Assembly: GCA_963663385.2 (NCBI GenBank)
Contig: CAXXXD010000004.1
Span: forward strand, 1,135,761-1,199,760
Length of the DNA: 64,000 bases
Direction of reading: 5' to 3'
Source: Oceanispirochaeta sp.
Lineage (GTDB): Bacteria > Spirochaetota > Spirochaetia > DSM-2461
The notes under the pieces are model-generated. The model saw only the letters and a program-made list of their open reading frames with translations. It did not search any database and had not been told where the DNA came from. Every line of letters starts with the position of its first letter. The stretch's first letter is position 1. The position numbers and the translations under genes were made by a program. Shown here piece by piece: positions 51,050 through 61,077 of this stretch.

Positions 51050-51810
51050 ATGTACTGCAGGAGACCATAGAGATCAGGATGAACGACTTAGGGCTGGAGT
51101 TTATGGCGGCGGGGTTGGAGAGCTTCCTTGAAGCTCAATCTCACACAGAAAACACTCTCTCTCAGTCAATTGCAGACCTATTGGAACTGGAGTACGTTCC
51201 CCGTAAGGAGAGAGCTGCAAAAAGCCGTCTGAAGCTCTCTGGAATGCCATCGATCAAGCTATTAGAGGACTTCGACCTATCCTGGTTGAAGGGAGGATTG
51301 ACCGCTGCTCAACTGGCAGAGTTTTCTAGTCTGGCTTTCATTGAAAGAAAGGAAAATCTAGTACTGATGGGGCCAAGTGGATTGGGTAAAACCCATTTGA
51401 TGCTAGCTCTGGCTCATAAAGCCTGTCAGAATGGTTATACTGTATGGTATACAAGCTGCATCGATCTGATGGAGAATCTGACCCATGCCCGGGAGCAGGG
51501 GCGGTTGAAGCGACGGCTTACCTGGCTTAGAAAGCCTCATCTCATCCTTATCGATGAAGTTGGCTACGAGAACCTGACGAAAGAACAGGCCAACTTGTTT
51601 TTTCAGATTGTAAACACCCGCTATGAACAAGGCAGTATGATCATCACCACAAACAAGTCTTTCGGTCGTTGGGCTGAGATTCTGGATGATGAAGCCATTG
51701 CGACAGCGACTATAGACAGGCTCCTTCACCATGCACATGTCCTGAGTCTTAAAGGGGATTCATACCGGATGAAAGACCGGTTGAAAATAGGGATCGTTGA
51801 TCCTGTTTAA
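51046..51810 (+). CDS. istB: IS21 helper ATPase IstB
   Basis: GPSGLGKTHL, LILIDEVGY, TIDRLLHH, G.SYR. Confidence 0.95.
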   Translation: MNVLQETIEIRMNDLGLEFMAAGLESFLEAQSHTENTLSQSIADLLELEYVPRKERAAKSRLKLSGMPSIKLLEDFDLSWLKGGLTAAQLAEFSSLAFIERKENLVLMGPSGLGKTHLMLALAHKACQNGYTVWYTSCIDLMENLTHAREQGRLKRRLTWLRKPHLILIDEVGYENLTKEQANLFFQIVNTRYEQGSMIITTNKSFGRWAEILDDEAIATATIDRLLHHAHVLSLKGDSYRMKDRLKIGIVDPV

Positions 51811-51872
51811 TTTTACCCAGAAGCGGAACTTTTAAACCGTTGAAATGAGGAACTTTTTCACCGCTGTTGACA

Positions 51873-52194
51873 CCAGACTGTGGCGTGGATATTTAAATCC
51901 TCGCCCGTTGTGAGCTTTTATCCCTTTATCCTTCATGATTTGTGCTATAAGGTTTTCTGAGCAGGAATAACCGAGGTCTTTAAGCTCTGATGCGATGCGA
52001 CGAGATCCATAAGCAGCTTTGAAGCTCTCATAAGTATTTTTTACTAAGATTTCCAGGCGGTTCTTTCTTTGCAACATCTTACCTGGTGTCCAGTGAGTCC
52101 ATTTGTAGTAGCCAGATCTGGATACATCGAGCATACGGCACATTAAGGTGATAGAAAATTGCTTTTTGTGTTCTCTTATCATGGCGTATTTCAC
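51873..52194 (-). pseudogene. IS3 orfB, N-terminal fragment
   Basis: MCR.L.VSRSGYY.W, YGSRRI..EL. Confidence 0.88.
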
Positions 52195-52499
52195 TTCTGG
52201 CCGTTGGCGAAATACGCTGCGGCTTTTTTTAAGAAATCTACTTCTTCCTTGAGCTTCTTATTCTCTCTGCGAAGTTTTCTAACCTCTTCACTTTCATTCT
52301 TGGAATAGTCGACTCCGTCCATTGTGTTGAACTGTTTATCTGATAACCGGGTAAATTGTCTTTTCCAGTTATAGATTTGCTGAGCGCTGATCCCTAGCTC
52401 CTCAGCGACCTTTCTAGCTGAATTACCCTCTTGCTCTGATCGTCTCACCGCCTCTCTACGGAAGTCCTCCGCATAGGCCTGAACTTTCTTTCGCGACAT
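52191..52499 (-). CDS. IS3 orfA (HTH), with an A7G -1 frameshift motif at 52223-52230
   Basis: FRREAV, VAEELGIS...IYNWK, LKEE..FLKKAAAYFA. Confidence 0.9.
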   Translation of the reverse strand: MSRKKVQAYAEDFRREAVRRSEQEGNSARKVAEELGISAQQIYNWKRQFTRLSDKQFNTMDGVDYSKNESEEVRKLRRENKKLKEEVDFLKKAAAYFANGQK

Positions 52500-52786
52500 T
52501 TAAACACCCTCCATAATCAATCATAATCTAACTATAGTAGGTGTCCACTTTCTTTGGGGCACTGTGATCGAACACATTTTGTACTTCTGGTTCTTTCATA
52601 ATTGCCAGATGATTTAGTAGGTTTTAGGGTTTTGATACGGGTTGATTGATGCTCACACTACACTGATTATCTATCTTTGACGCCGGTTGCGGCTGGCAGA
52701 AGTGGAAATAAGGGCATTCGCCTTCACCTACGTTTATTAAGATATTCTTGCCTGATATGGTATCGGTGATTTACAAAATGCTGTAG

Positions 52787-52961
52787 ACATAACAAGAAAA
52801 TGATACTGTCGTCGCTACAGATCACATTTCTTGCAGAGATACAGAATGCTGATAAATAGTTCTTTCTTAAAAACAAATTACTGTTTAAAATAAGTCTGCA
52901 AGAAAAGCGCCTGTACCTGTCCTTCGGCCAGGCCGCTCCGCAGCATATTTTGGCGTTATAC
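52787..52961 (+). other. attC site 2 (175 bp)
   Basis: ACATAAC AAGAA AATGATACTG...CAGCATATT TTGGC GTTATAC; internal stem TTTCTTGCAGA/TCTGCAAGAAA. Confidence 0.75.
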
Positions 52962-52980
52962 GGATAAAGGGTAATAAATA

Positions 52981-53913
52981 ATGGATTTTGAAATTGTCAT
53001 TGATGAAAGTTTTATACATCTCTGTAGTGATGATACATTAGAGCCAATCGAGAATAAGTATGTTCTATCTCTAATAAATGATTACGAAGATGGTAAATGG
53101 AGATATGGCAAATTTCATAACTTTATTTGGGATAATATTGCTGAAACGTCCTTATCATATTCTGAGAGAGAGAGTCTAATCGATCAACCGCATTCAAAAT
53201 TAGTAGCGGCAGCACAAAGTTTACGTTTAACTGATGCTGATAAAGATGACATAGGTAAAGGTAGTGAATTAGCTGAAATAATACTCTATGGAATTATGAA
53301 ACACCATTTTAATGCTTTACCAGTAGTTCCAAAAATATTCTATAAACAAAATTCTCAGGATAATGCTAAAGGTGCTGACTCTGTTCATATTGTTGTCGAT
53401 AAAGATGAAAACTTTACAATATGGTTTGGAGAAGCAAAATTTTTTAATGATATTAGTAATACTAGATTAGGAAATATTATAATCTCAGTAGGAAACTCTT
53501 TACGTACGGATAAGCTGAAAAGAGAAAATAGTATAATAACAAATCTTAATGATTTAGATCCCTTAATTGATAACAAAGAACTGACAGAAGAAATTAAGAG
53601 ATGTTTATCATACAAGAATTCTATTGATGAATTGAAGCCTAAATTACATATTCCTATATTGCTTTTACATGAATGTGAAATAACGAAATTGAACACAAGT
53701 TTATCACAGCAACACATTGATGAGATTAAAGAATATCATTCAGATAGAGCAAATGCATACTATAAAAAACATATTAAAAAACTATCTGAATTACATTTAT
53801 ATAATGAAATTACATTTCATCTTATTTTGTTTCCAGTTCCTTTGAAAGAAAAGATTGTAAATAGATTTACGAGAACAGTGAAAAACTATAAAGACGAGTA
53901 TGAAAATGATTGA
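52981..53913 (+). CDS. hamA: Hachiman anti-phage protein HamA (DUF1837 nuclease)
   Basis: G.ELAEIILY, KGADSVH, WFGEAKF motifs; overlaps the helicase gene. Confidence 0.85.
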   Translation: MDFEIVIDESFIHLCSDDTLEPIENKYVLSLINDYEDGKWRYGKFHNFIWDNIAETSLSYSERESLIDQPHSKLVAAAQSLRLTDADKDDIGKGSELAEIILYGIMKHHFNALPVVPKIFYKQNSQDNAKGADSVHIVVDKDENFTIWFGEAKFFNDISNTRLGNIIISVGNSLRTDKLKRENSIITNLNDLDPLIDNKELTEEIKRCLSYKNSIDELKPKLHIPILLLHECEITKLNTSLSQQHIDEIKEYHSDRANAYYKKHIKKLSELHLYNEITFHLILFPVPLKEKIVNRFTRTVKNYKDEYEND

Positions 53914-55987
53914 TGTCTTTGAGAAATTACACATAATAAATGACAATATTACAAATAACCAGTATGATTTAGCTCGCAATCGAATAATAATTCTTCTTGG
54001 ATATATCCACAATAGAAGACTAGATTTCCCACCAGCTTTAAATCATTTCATCAGACAAGTTGGACTTTATCCCTATTTAAATATTGATAGTGCTTCATGG
54101 CAAGAAAAGTTTATATATGAAGCTTTTAAAGTTGATGTAGGAGATCAAAAACTAACGTTACATAGGGAACAATCGAATCTTCTTAAACAACTTATTGAAG
54201 GTAAAGATATTGCAGTAAGTGCACCAACAAGTTTTGGTAAAAGTTTTGTAATAGATTCATATATTGCAATTAAAAAGCCAAAGAATGTATTAATAATAGT
54301 ACCAACAATAGCATTAACTGATGAAACAAGGCGGAGAATACAGAATAAATTTGGTACTGAATATAAAATTATAACAACTACTGAAATCACTCTTGCAGAG
54401 AAGAACATATTTATTTTTCCACAAGAAAGAGCTGCTCATTATTCTGATAAAATTGAGAATTTAGATATTCTTATTATTGATGAATTTTATAAGGCAAGTA
54501 AAAAATATGATAAAGAACGTTCTCCATCTTTATTAAGAGCTATAGTAAAATTAAGCAAAAAAGCAGATCAAAGATATTTTTTAGCACCAAATATTAATAA
54601 ATTAAATGATAGCTTATTCACGAAAAATATGGAATTTATATCGCTTGATTTCAATACTGTCTATTTAAAGAAATATGATATGGTTGAAGAAATAAATGAA
54701 GATTATACAAAGAGCGATGCATTACTTGATATTTGCAAAAAATATAAGGGGAAGACATTAATATATGCAGGTACATATGCGTGCATTAAAGAAATATCAA
54801 ATTTATTTATAGAAGCATTACCTCTAAAGAATAGTCGTTTATTAAAAGATTTCGCTGATTGGCTTGACTCTAACTACACAAAAAATTGGCAACTAACAAG
54901 TCTAATTCGTAGAGGTTGTGGTATTCATAATGGAAAGTTACATCGTTCTTTAAGTCAAATACAAATAAAATTGTTTGAAGAAATTACTGGTTTATCAAGA
55001 ATTATTTCGACCTCTTCAATAATTGAAGGAGTTAATACTTCTGCTGAAAATATAGTTCTATGGAGAAATAAGAACGGAAATCAAAAACTTAATGATTTCA
55101 CATATAAAAATATTATTGGTAGAGGTGGGAGGATGTTCAAGTACTTTGTTGGGAATATTTTCCTTCTTGAAAGTCCACCAGAACAGGAAGAGAATCAGTT
55201 AGATCTTGAATTTACTGAAGAAATAGCATTAAGCGTTGATGAAGAACTATATCAAACGGAGTTAACAAAAGAGCAAGTTGCAAAAATCATTGAGAAGAAG
55301 GATGAGATAGATAATTTAATAGGTCATGAATCTTATTTGAAACTTGATAGAGATGGAATCTTTAATGATAGTGACACTACAACAATTATAAATATAACTA
55401 AGGATCTTCTTAATAACCCGGAACAATGGAATGGATTTACATATTTAAATTCAAGTGATCCGTCTCAATGGGAAAGTTTACTCTATAAAATAATTAAACT
55501 TATGCCTGGTTCAGTTGGTACCACATATAAGAAGTTTGTGAACTTTGTAATGATTATTTCTGATAACTGGAATAAATCAATGCAAGAATTATTAAATGAA
55601 TTATCAAGAGTTGATATTAGCATAGATGAATTTTTTGATTTAGAAAGAACCGTAAGTTTTAAATTTTCTTCCTTTCTAAACGATTTAAATTCTATTCAGA
55701 AAGAAATATTCAAGACAGAGAAATATGATATTTCTCCTTTTATTGCTAAGGTATCTCATGTATTTTTACCTCCTAATGTTTATATATTAGAGGAGTATGG
55801 TCTCCCAAGAATGATTTCCAAAAAGATACATAAGTCTAATGTTTTAAATTTGGAAGAAAGAATTGAAATCCATGATTTATTGAAAGAGTTCAATAGTATT
55901 GGATATGCTGAATTGATCAAAAAAACAAATAGAATAGAAGAATTTGATAAATATATATTACAACATTTTTACGATGGTTTACGATGA
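53900..55987 (+). CDS. hamB: Hachiman SF2 DEAD/DEAH-box helicase HamB
   Basis: SAPTSFGKS, VPTIAL, IIDEFY, HNG.L, TSSIIEGVNT, N..GRGGR. Confidence 0.85.
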   Translation: MKMIDVFEKLHIINDNITNNQYDLARNRIIILLGYIHNRRLDFPPALNHFIRQVGLYPYLNIDSASWQEKFIYEAFKVDVGDQKLTLHREQSNLLKQLIEGKDIAVSAPTSFGKSFVIDSYIAIKKPKNVLIIVPTIALTDETRRRIQNKFGTEYKIITTTEITLAEKNIFIFPQERAAHYSDKIENLDILIIDEFYKASKKYDKERSPSLLRAIVKLSKKADQRYFLAPNINKLNDSLFTKNMEFISLDFNTVYLKKYDMVEEINEDYTKSDALLDICKKYKGKTLIYAGTYACIKEISNLFIEALPLKNSRLLKDFADWLDSNYTKNWQLTSLIRRGCGIHNGKLHRSLSQIQIKLFEEITGLSRIISTSSIIEGVNTSAENIVLWRNKNGNQKLNDFTYKNIIGRGGRMFKYFVGNIFLLESPPEQEENQLDLEFTEEIALSVDEELYQTELTKEQVAKIIEKKDEIDNLIGHESYLKLDRDGIFNDSDTTTIINITKDLLNNPEQWNGFTYLNSSDPSQWESLLYKIIKLMPGSVGTTYKKFVNFVMIISDNWNKSMQELLNELSRVDISIDEFFDLERTVSFKFSSFLNDLNSIQKEIFKTEKYDISPFIAKVSHVFLPPNVYILEEYGLPRMISKKIHKSNVLNLEERIEIHDLLKEFNSIGYAELIKKTNRIEEFDKYILQHFYDGLR

Positions 55988-56091
55988 CCGTATAACAATC
56001 GCATGAAACTGAATTTTTCTTTGTCATGCTTTTTGCCTGCGCAAAAATCCTGCCAACCTTACGGGACGAAAAATCAGCTTATGCGGGCGTT

Positions 56092-57882
56092 GAGACTGTA
56101 GAAAAAGTCACCTTTTCTACAGCTCTCAGCCAAAACATGGTAAAATTCTATAAAAGGGAGGTTTTCAATAATGGCCAGATATAAAGAGTATTCTTATACC
56201 CAGACAATGATGATCCCCGTAAGCTTTAAAAAACAGATTTTACCAGGAACATTCGAATATACATTATGCCATCTGATAGACAATCAAATTGATATGTCAG
56301 TTTTTGAAAACCACTACGAAAATGATGAAACCGGAGCTCCCGCCTACGACCCTGCCATCCTCTTAAAAATAGTCCTTTACGCCTATTCAAAAGGCATAAA
56401 CAGCAGCAGAAAAATTGAACAGTTATGCCGGGAGAATATCGTCTGTATGGCTCTGGCTGCCGATTCCAGACCCCACTTTACAACCATTGCCGATTTTATC
56501 TCTTCCCGTCATAAAGAGTGCCAATCCCTCTTTACCATGATACTCTCTGTTTGCTACACACAGGGACTGATCGGCAAAAACATGTTTGCCATTGACGGCT
56601 GCAAGATCTCCTCAAACTGTTCAAAGGAATGGAGCGGAACCAAAGCGGAACTATTTGCCAAAACAAAGAAAATAGAAAAATCCGTAAACTATCTGATTGA
56701 AAAACACAAGAATACAGATGCCAGCTGGGAAGAGAAAGAGCAGCGTAAAAAAGAAAAGAAAGCCATCAAAAAGCTAAAGGCTAAAACAGATAAAATCTAC
56801 AAATGGCTGGATACCCATTATGACCGGTTCGGTAGTCAGGATCAGCCCATCAAAAGCAATATTGTGGATAACGAAAGCGCCAAAATGTCTACCGGACACG
56901 GTGTTATACAGGGTTACAACGGCATTGCCGCCGTAGATGACAAACATCAGCTGATCATATTTGCCGACACCTACGGCGATGCAAACGAATCAGGACACCT
57001 TACAGAGATTCTGGAAGGAATTGATAAGAGCTGTAAAAACTCCCATATAGATGATGAGATCTACAAGCATGTGACGGTCACAGCGGATACAGGATTCCAT
57101 AATAAAAAGAACATGCAAATGATCAGCGAGAAGAAGATAGATGCCTATATCCCGGACAATCAGTTCAGGAAAAGGCATGTTGCCTTCCAGGATGCCGGAA
57201 AATACAAAAAGAAAGTCGCCAACTGGAAACCGGAAAAAGGAAAGCACTATTTTCGTCCGGAAGACTTTTATATGGATACGGCAAACAACCAACTGATCTG
57301 TCCTGCCGGACATGCCATGTGGCTGAAATCCCCCAACTTCAGAAGCAATGACGGTCGGTATACCGGAAAATCTTATCAAGGGCATATACGCAATTGTCGC
57401 GACTGTAAACTTCGTTCAAAATGTATAAGAAAGGAAACGACAAAGGCCCGTCAGGTTGCCATACTGAAGGAAGTGCCGGATGGAAAAGGGAGCAATCCCA
57501 TGGCCGGTATGAAGGAGAAAATTGATACGCCCTATGGACGATCAGTTTATGCAAAACGGATGAGTACGGTAGAACCTGTATTCGGACATATTGCCGGAAT
57601 GAAAAAGCTGAATCGCTTTACTTTACGGGGTACGGAAAAGGTCCGGACACAGTGGTTGTTGTACTGTATGGTGCATAATATCGGGAAAATCCAGCAGTAT
57701 AGTGCGTAGGAATACGGAAAAGTGCTAAAGAATGGGTATAGCGTTGGATAAAACCAATTGTAGTTGAATATAGCCGGTTTTAATCGGATTGAATATTGAA
57801 ATCAAAGAGATGAATGATTTTTCCAAATGAGTGCTTTCAGGGGAACCTTGAAAATACCCAGTTTGAGTTTTTCTACAGTCTC
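56092..57882 (+). mobile_element. IS1182-family element, copy 2 (1791 bp)
   Basis: Same TIRs and length as copy 1; GTT duplicated. Confidence 0.92.
56171..57709 (+). CDS. IS1182-family transposase
   Basis: Near-identical to 44972-46510. Confidence 0.93.
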   Translation: MARYKEYSYTQTMMIPVSFKKQILPGTFEYTLCHLIDNQIDMSVFENHYENDETGAPAYDPAILLKIVLYAYSKGINSSRKIEQLCRENIVCMALAADSRPHFTTIADFISSRHKECQSLFTMILSVCYTQGLIGKNMFAIDGCKISSNCSKEWSGTKAELFAKTKKIEKSVNYLIEKHKNTDASWEEKEQRKKEKKAIKKLKAKTDKIYKWLDTHYDRFGSQDQPIKSNIVDNESAKMSTGHGVIQGYNGIAAVDDKHQLIIFADTYGDANESGHLTEILEGIDKSCKNSHIDDEIYKHVTVTADTGFHNKKNMQMISEKKIDAYIPDNQFRKRHVAFQDAGKYKKKVANWKPEKGKHYFRPEDFYMDTANNQLICPAGHAMWLKSPNFRSNDGRYTGKSYQGHIRNCRDCKLRSKCIRKETTKARQVAILKEVPDGKGSNPMAGMKEKIDTPYGRSVYAKRMSTVEPVFGHIAGMKKLNRFTLRGTEKVRTQWLLYCMVHNIGKIQQYSA

Positions 57883-57926
57883 GTTATGCCAAAAAAAAGT
57901 ACTCATACTAAGAGGTGTGGACAAAA

Positions 57927-59660
57927 ATGTTAAACTCAAATATCCTCAAACAAAAATTGGCTGCAATTGATGGGCAGGATTATGCAGGCTATCAGTCTCT
58001 TTTGGGTACATACGATTTCAATCTATTTACGCTGATTATTCAGCAAATACCCAAAGATCCATACGCTCCACCGCACACCGGTATTTACCGGATTCAGGTT
58101 CGACGCAAAGATCACTGCATTATTCGTTTGAAAATTGAATCAAAAGTGCAAAGGATTGTATGCGCTGATTTCCTGGCAAGATATTTTTTCGATTCCAGTC
58201 AACGAATTTCCAAAGGTATTCGCGGAACAGGATTCAGCGGAATTATTACAATTAATCAACCGGGTCAAGCTATTTTAGAAAGAAACAGCGTGGTCATCAC
58301 GGATGACATTATCGAAATACGTTGCTTTTTAGGGCTTCCTGCGGATGGCAGAAAAATTATTTCCAAAATTGCCGAAAACATGCTTTTCAATGAGCTTCCA
58401 AAAATTGTCAACGAATCGTTGTTACATGAAAATATTGACCATGAGGCGTTAACTGCACACATCGAGGTAGCAGAAGATGCCGAGTATCTCCGCAATAAAC
58501 TTCATTCTCTCGGACTCATCGCTTTTATTGCAGACAATTCAATCCTTCCTCGCGAAAGCGGTCCAAGTGATAAACCGATGTCCAATAAATCAGCAATCCC
58601 TTTTTCTACGCCAGATAGTCTCATGAAGGAAATAGAACTTCCACATGCCGGAAAGATAACAGGTATGGGTGTCCCCAAAGGGATTACGTTAATTACCGGC
58701 GGAGGTTACCATGGGAAATCGACATTACTCAATGCCCTGGATGTCGCTATATATGATCACATTCCGGGAGATGGCCGGGAACGATGTGTTTCAAATGCAC
58801 AAACAGTCAAGATACGGGCATATAGCGGACGATCTGTCGTAAAAACAGATATATCACCTTTCATTAAGAATCTTCCATTCCAAAAAGATACGACATCGTT
58901 TTGCACAGAGAATGCCAGTGGTAGTACCTCACAAGCCGCAAATATTATAGAGGCTATTGAAGTAGGTGCTGAGGTATTGTTAATGGATGAAGACACATGC
59001 GCAACGAATTTTATGATCCGTGACAGCAAAATGCAGCAATTGGTAAACAAAGAAGATGAGCCAATAACGACTTTTATTGATAAGGTAAAGCAGCTTTATT
59101 TTGAAAAGAATATCTCAACCGTTCTGGTTTTGGGAGGTGTGGGTGATTATTTCGATATTTCTGATTTGGTTATCCAGATGAAAAATTATCAACCATTAGA
59201 TATGACTTCCGAGGCGCATAAGATTGCGGAATTGTTTCCAGCGAAACGTAAGGTTGAAGATGAAGCTTACCCATTTCATATTCGTGAGCGAATTCCGGTA
59301 TCTGAGAGCATCGATCCACTCAATGATTATGGAAAATTCACTATCTATGCGAAAGAGACTCATCGGTTAAATTTTGGGAAACAGGTGATTGATCTCACGG
59401 ATGTGGAGCAGCTTATGGAATTATCTCAAACAAAAGCTTTAGGGTATGCCATTGAATACGCAAAAAAAATCATGGATAAAGAAATGTCACTGCGTGATAT
59501 TGTTAATCGCGTAACAAAAGAAATTGACGAGCATGGCATTGATGTTATCAGCGATAAGATTTCTGGTCATTTTGCTTGGTTTAGAGCGCTTGAATTAGCT
59601 TTTACTTTGAACCGTCTCAGAGGTCTTGATGCCATTCAAAAAGATGTTGATGAAATCTGA
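57927..59660 (+). CDS. Predicted ABC-class ATPase (COG3044 / PF09818-like), gene cassette
   Basis: DPYAPP, LPR.SG..D.PM, GGGYHGKSTLL, H..GDGRE, NASGSTSQA, LLMDEDTCATNFM.RD. Confidence 0.88.
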   Translation: MLNSNILKQKLAAIDGQDYAGYQSLLGTYDFNLFTLIIQQIPKDPYAPPHTGIYRIQVRRKDHCIIRLKIESKVQRIVCADFLARYFFDSSQRISKGIRGTGFSGIITINQPGQAILERNSVVITDDIIEIRCFLGLPADGRKIISKIAENMLFNELPKIVNESLLHENIDHEALTAHIEVAEDAEYLRNKLHSLGLIAFIADNSILPRESGPSDKPMSNKSAIPFSTPDSLMKEIELPHAGKITGMGVPKGITLITGGGYHGKSTLLNALDVAIYDHIPGDGRERCVSNAQTVKIRAYSGRSVVKTDISPFIKNLPFQKDTTSFCTENASGSTSQAANIIEAIEVGAEVLLMDEDTCATNFMIRDSKMQQLVNKEDEPITTFIDKVKQLYFEKNISTVLVLGGVGDYFDISDLVIQMKNYQPLDMTSEAHKIAELFPAKRKVEDEAYPFHIRERIPVSESIDPLNDYGKFTIYAKETHRLNFGKQVIDLTDVEQLMELSQTKALGYAIEYAKKIMDKEMSLRDIVNRVTKEIDEHGIDVISDKISGHFAWFRALELAFTLNRLRGLDAIQKDVDEI

Positions 59661-59664
59661 ATGA

Positions 59665-59685
59665 GGCACAACCCAGGCGTTATAT
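59665..59685 (+). other. Internally deleted attC remnant (R'' and R' only)
   Basis: GGCACAAC CCAGGC GTTATAT, 4 bp after the ATPase stop; GGCACAAC is a 7/8 complement of GTTATGCC that opens this cassette. Confidence 0.55.
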
Positions 59686-59748
59686 CGCTTGAGAAAATAA
59701 TTTAAATAAACTATTATTGCAATATACGTTACTGTAATGGTGGTTGCT

Positions 59749-61071
59749 ATGAAGTTCTATGATAGAGAAGAAGAACTAGAGATACTAAATGATATATATG
59801 CCCAATGTAATGAATCCTACGGGAAAATTACTGTCTTAACAGGAAGAAGACGTATTGGTAAAACCTTGTTGGCAAAGAAATACGCAGAAGATAAGGATTC
59901 AGTGTATTTATTTACCAGTAAAAAAGCTGAGAGACTTCTTTGTGAAGAATTGTTACATGAATACGAAGATTTTATAAACAGTAAACATATAGGTCAAATT
60001 CATAATTTTTCAGAACTGTTCGAATTATTTGTGCAAGAAGGTTGTAAGAAACCATTTGTACTGATCATTGATGAATTCCAGGAATTTAAAAATATCAATA
60101 CAAGTGTTTTTTCAGATATTCAAAGAATATGGGATAAGTATAAGTTTGATACTCACATCCATATTATTTTCATCGGATCAATCTACTCCCTGATGACTGA
60201 TATATTCCAAAATGAAAAAGAACCTCTCTATGGTAGAGCAGATAGAATCCTTTATATTAAACCATTTACAGTCAGTACAATTAAACAGATATTAGTTGAC
60301 TATGACAAATACGATACCCAGAATCTATTCTTCAATTTTCTACTAACGGGAGGAGTCCCTCGCTATATTGAACTGTTTTTGGAAAGTAAGAACTTCACAA
60401 AAGATCAAATGATTGATCAGATTCTTGAGAAGGATTCCTTTTTTATTGAAGAAGGAAAGAATTTATTGATTCAGGAATTTGGAAAAGACTATGGAATCTA
60501 TTTCTCAATTTTAGAAATGATTGCATCTGGAAGGACGTCAAGGAGCGAGATTGAATCAATATTAGAAAAGAGTATTGGTGGTTATCTTGGCCGACTTGAA
60601 AATGAATATGATATTATCAGAAAGTATAAACCTATTGGTTCAAGAAAAGACGGAAGAAATCAAAAATATGAAATAAAAGATAATTTCATTAAGTTCTGGT
60701 TTAGGTTTGTTTATAAAAACATGTCTTTAATCCAAGATGGTAGATTTGATTATATCAAAAGAGTACTTGAAAGAGATTTAGCAACATTCTCTGGTCCTAT
60801 ATTGGAAAAACTGTTCATAGAAATACTAAGTAAATCTTCAGATTATGGGTTTATTGGAAACTATTGGGAAAAAGGAAATCTTAATGAAATAGATATAGTT
60901 GCTGTAGATGATATAGATAAAAAAATATATTTTGCAGAAGTAAAACTAAATAAAGACAAAATAAAAATTGGAAAGCTAAAAACTAAATCTGAAAAGTTAA
61001 TACAGAAATATAAGGGCTATAGTATAATATACGAGGGATTATCATTAGAGGATGTTGATAATAAACTATAA
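59749..61071 (+). CDS. AAA ATPase (archaeal ATPase type) with DUF234 / PD-(D/E)XK C-terminus, gene cassette
   Basis: FYDREEEL, GRRRIGKT, IIDEFQ, GG.P.Y, D.F..FWFRF, EIDIVA...FAEVK. Confidence 0.88.
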   Translation: MKFYDREEELEILNDIYAQCNESYGKITVLTGRRRIGKTLLAKKYAEDKDSVYLFTSKKAERLLCEELLHEYEDFINSKHIGQIHNFSELFELFVQEGCKKPFVLIIDEFQEFKNINTSVFSDIQRIWDKYKFDTHIHIIFIGSIYSLMTDIFQNEKEPLYGRADRILYIKPFTVSTIKQILVDYDKYDTQNLFFNFLLTGGVPRYIELFLESKNFTKDQMIDQILEKDSFFIEEGKNLLIQEFGKDYGIYFSILEMIASGRTSRSEIESILEKSIGGYLGRLENEYDIIRKYKPIGSRKDGRNQKYEIKDNFIKFWFRFVYKNMSLIQDGRFDYIKRVLERDLATFSGPILEKLFIEILSKSSDYGFIGNYWEKGNLNEIDIVAVDDIDKKIYFAEVKLNKDKIKIGKLKTKSEKLIQKYKGYSIIYEGLSLEDVDNKL

Positions 61072-61077
61072 GAAGAG

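Larger units (their letters stand above)
49642..51872 (+). mobile_element. IS21-family element (2231 bp)
   Basis: TGT...ACA ends with internal AAGTTCC-type repeats; 6-bp target duplication CCAGAC. Confidence 0.92.
46693..52566 (-). mobile_element. IS3-family element, interrupted by IS66 and IS21
   Basis: IRs GTGCCCCACTAAAAGTGGACA / TGTCCACTTTCTTTGGGGCAC; orfA plus three orfB pieces; exact ends uncertain by a few bp. Confidence 0.85.
55990..57889 (+). other. attC site 3, R' split by IS1182 copy 2 (core 55990-56091)
   Basis: GTATAAC AATC GCATGAAACTGA...TCAGCTTATGC GGGC GTT|IS|GTTATGC; sequence-related to attC 1. Confidence 0.88.

Noticed and set aside
52563..52600. Minus-strand MKEPEVQNVFDH, resembling an IS91-type transposase start cut by IS3
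   Set aside because: Only about 12 codons, with no continuation on the other side of the IS3; too short to support
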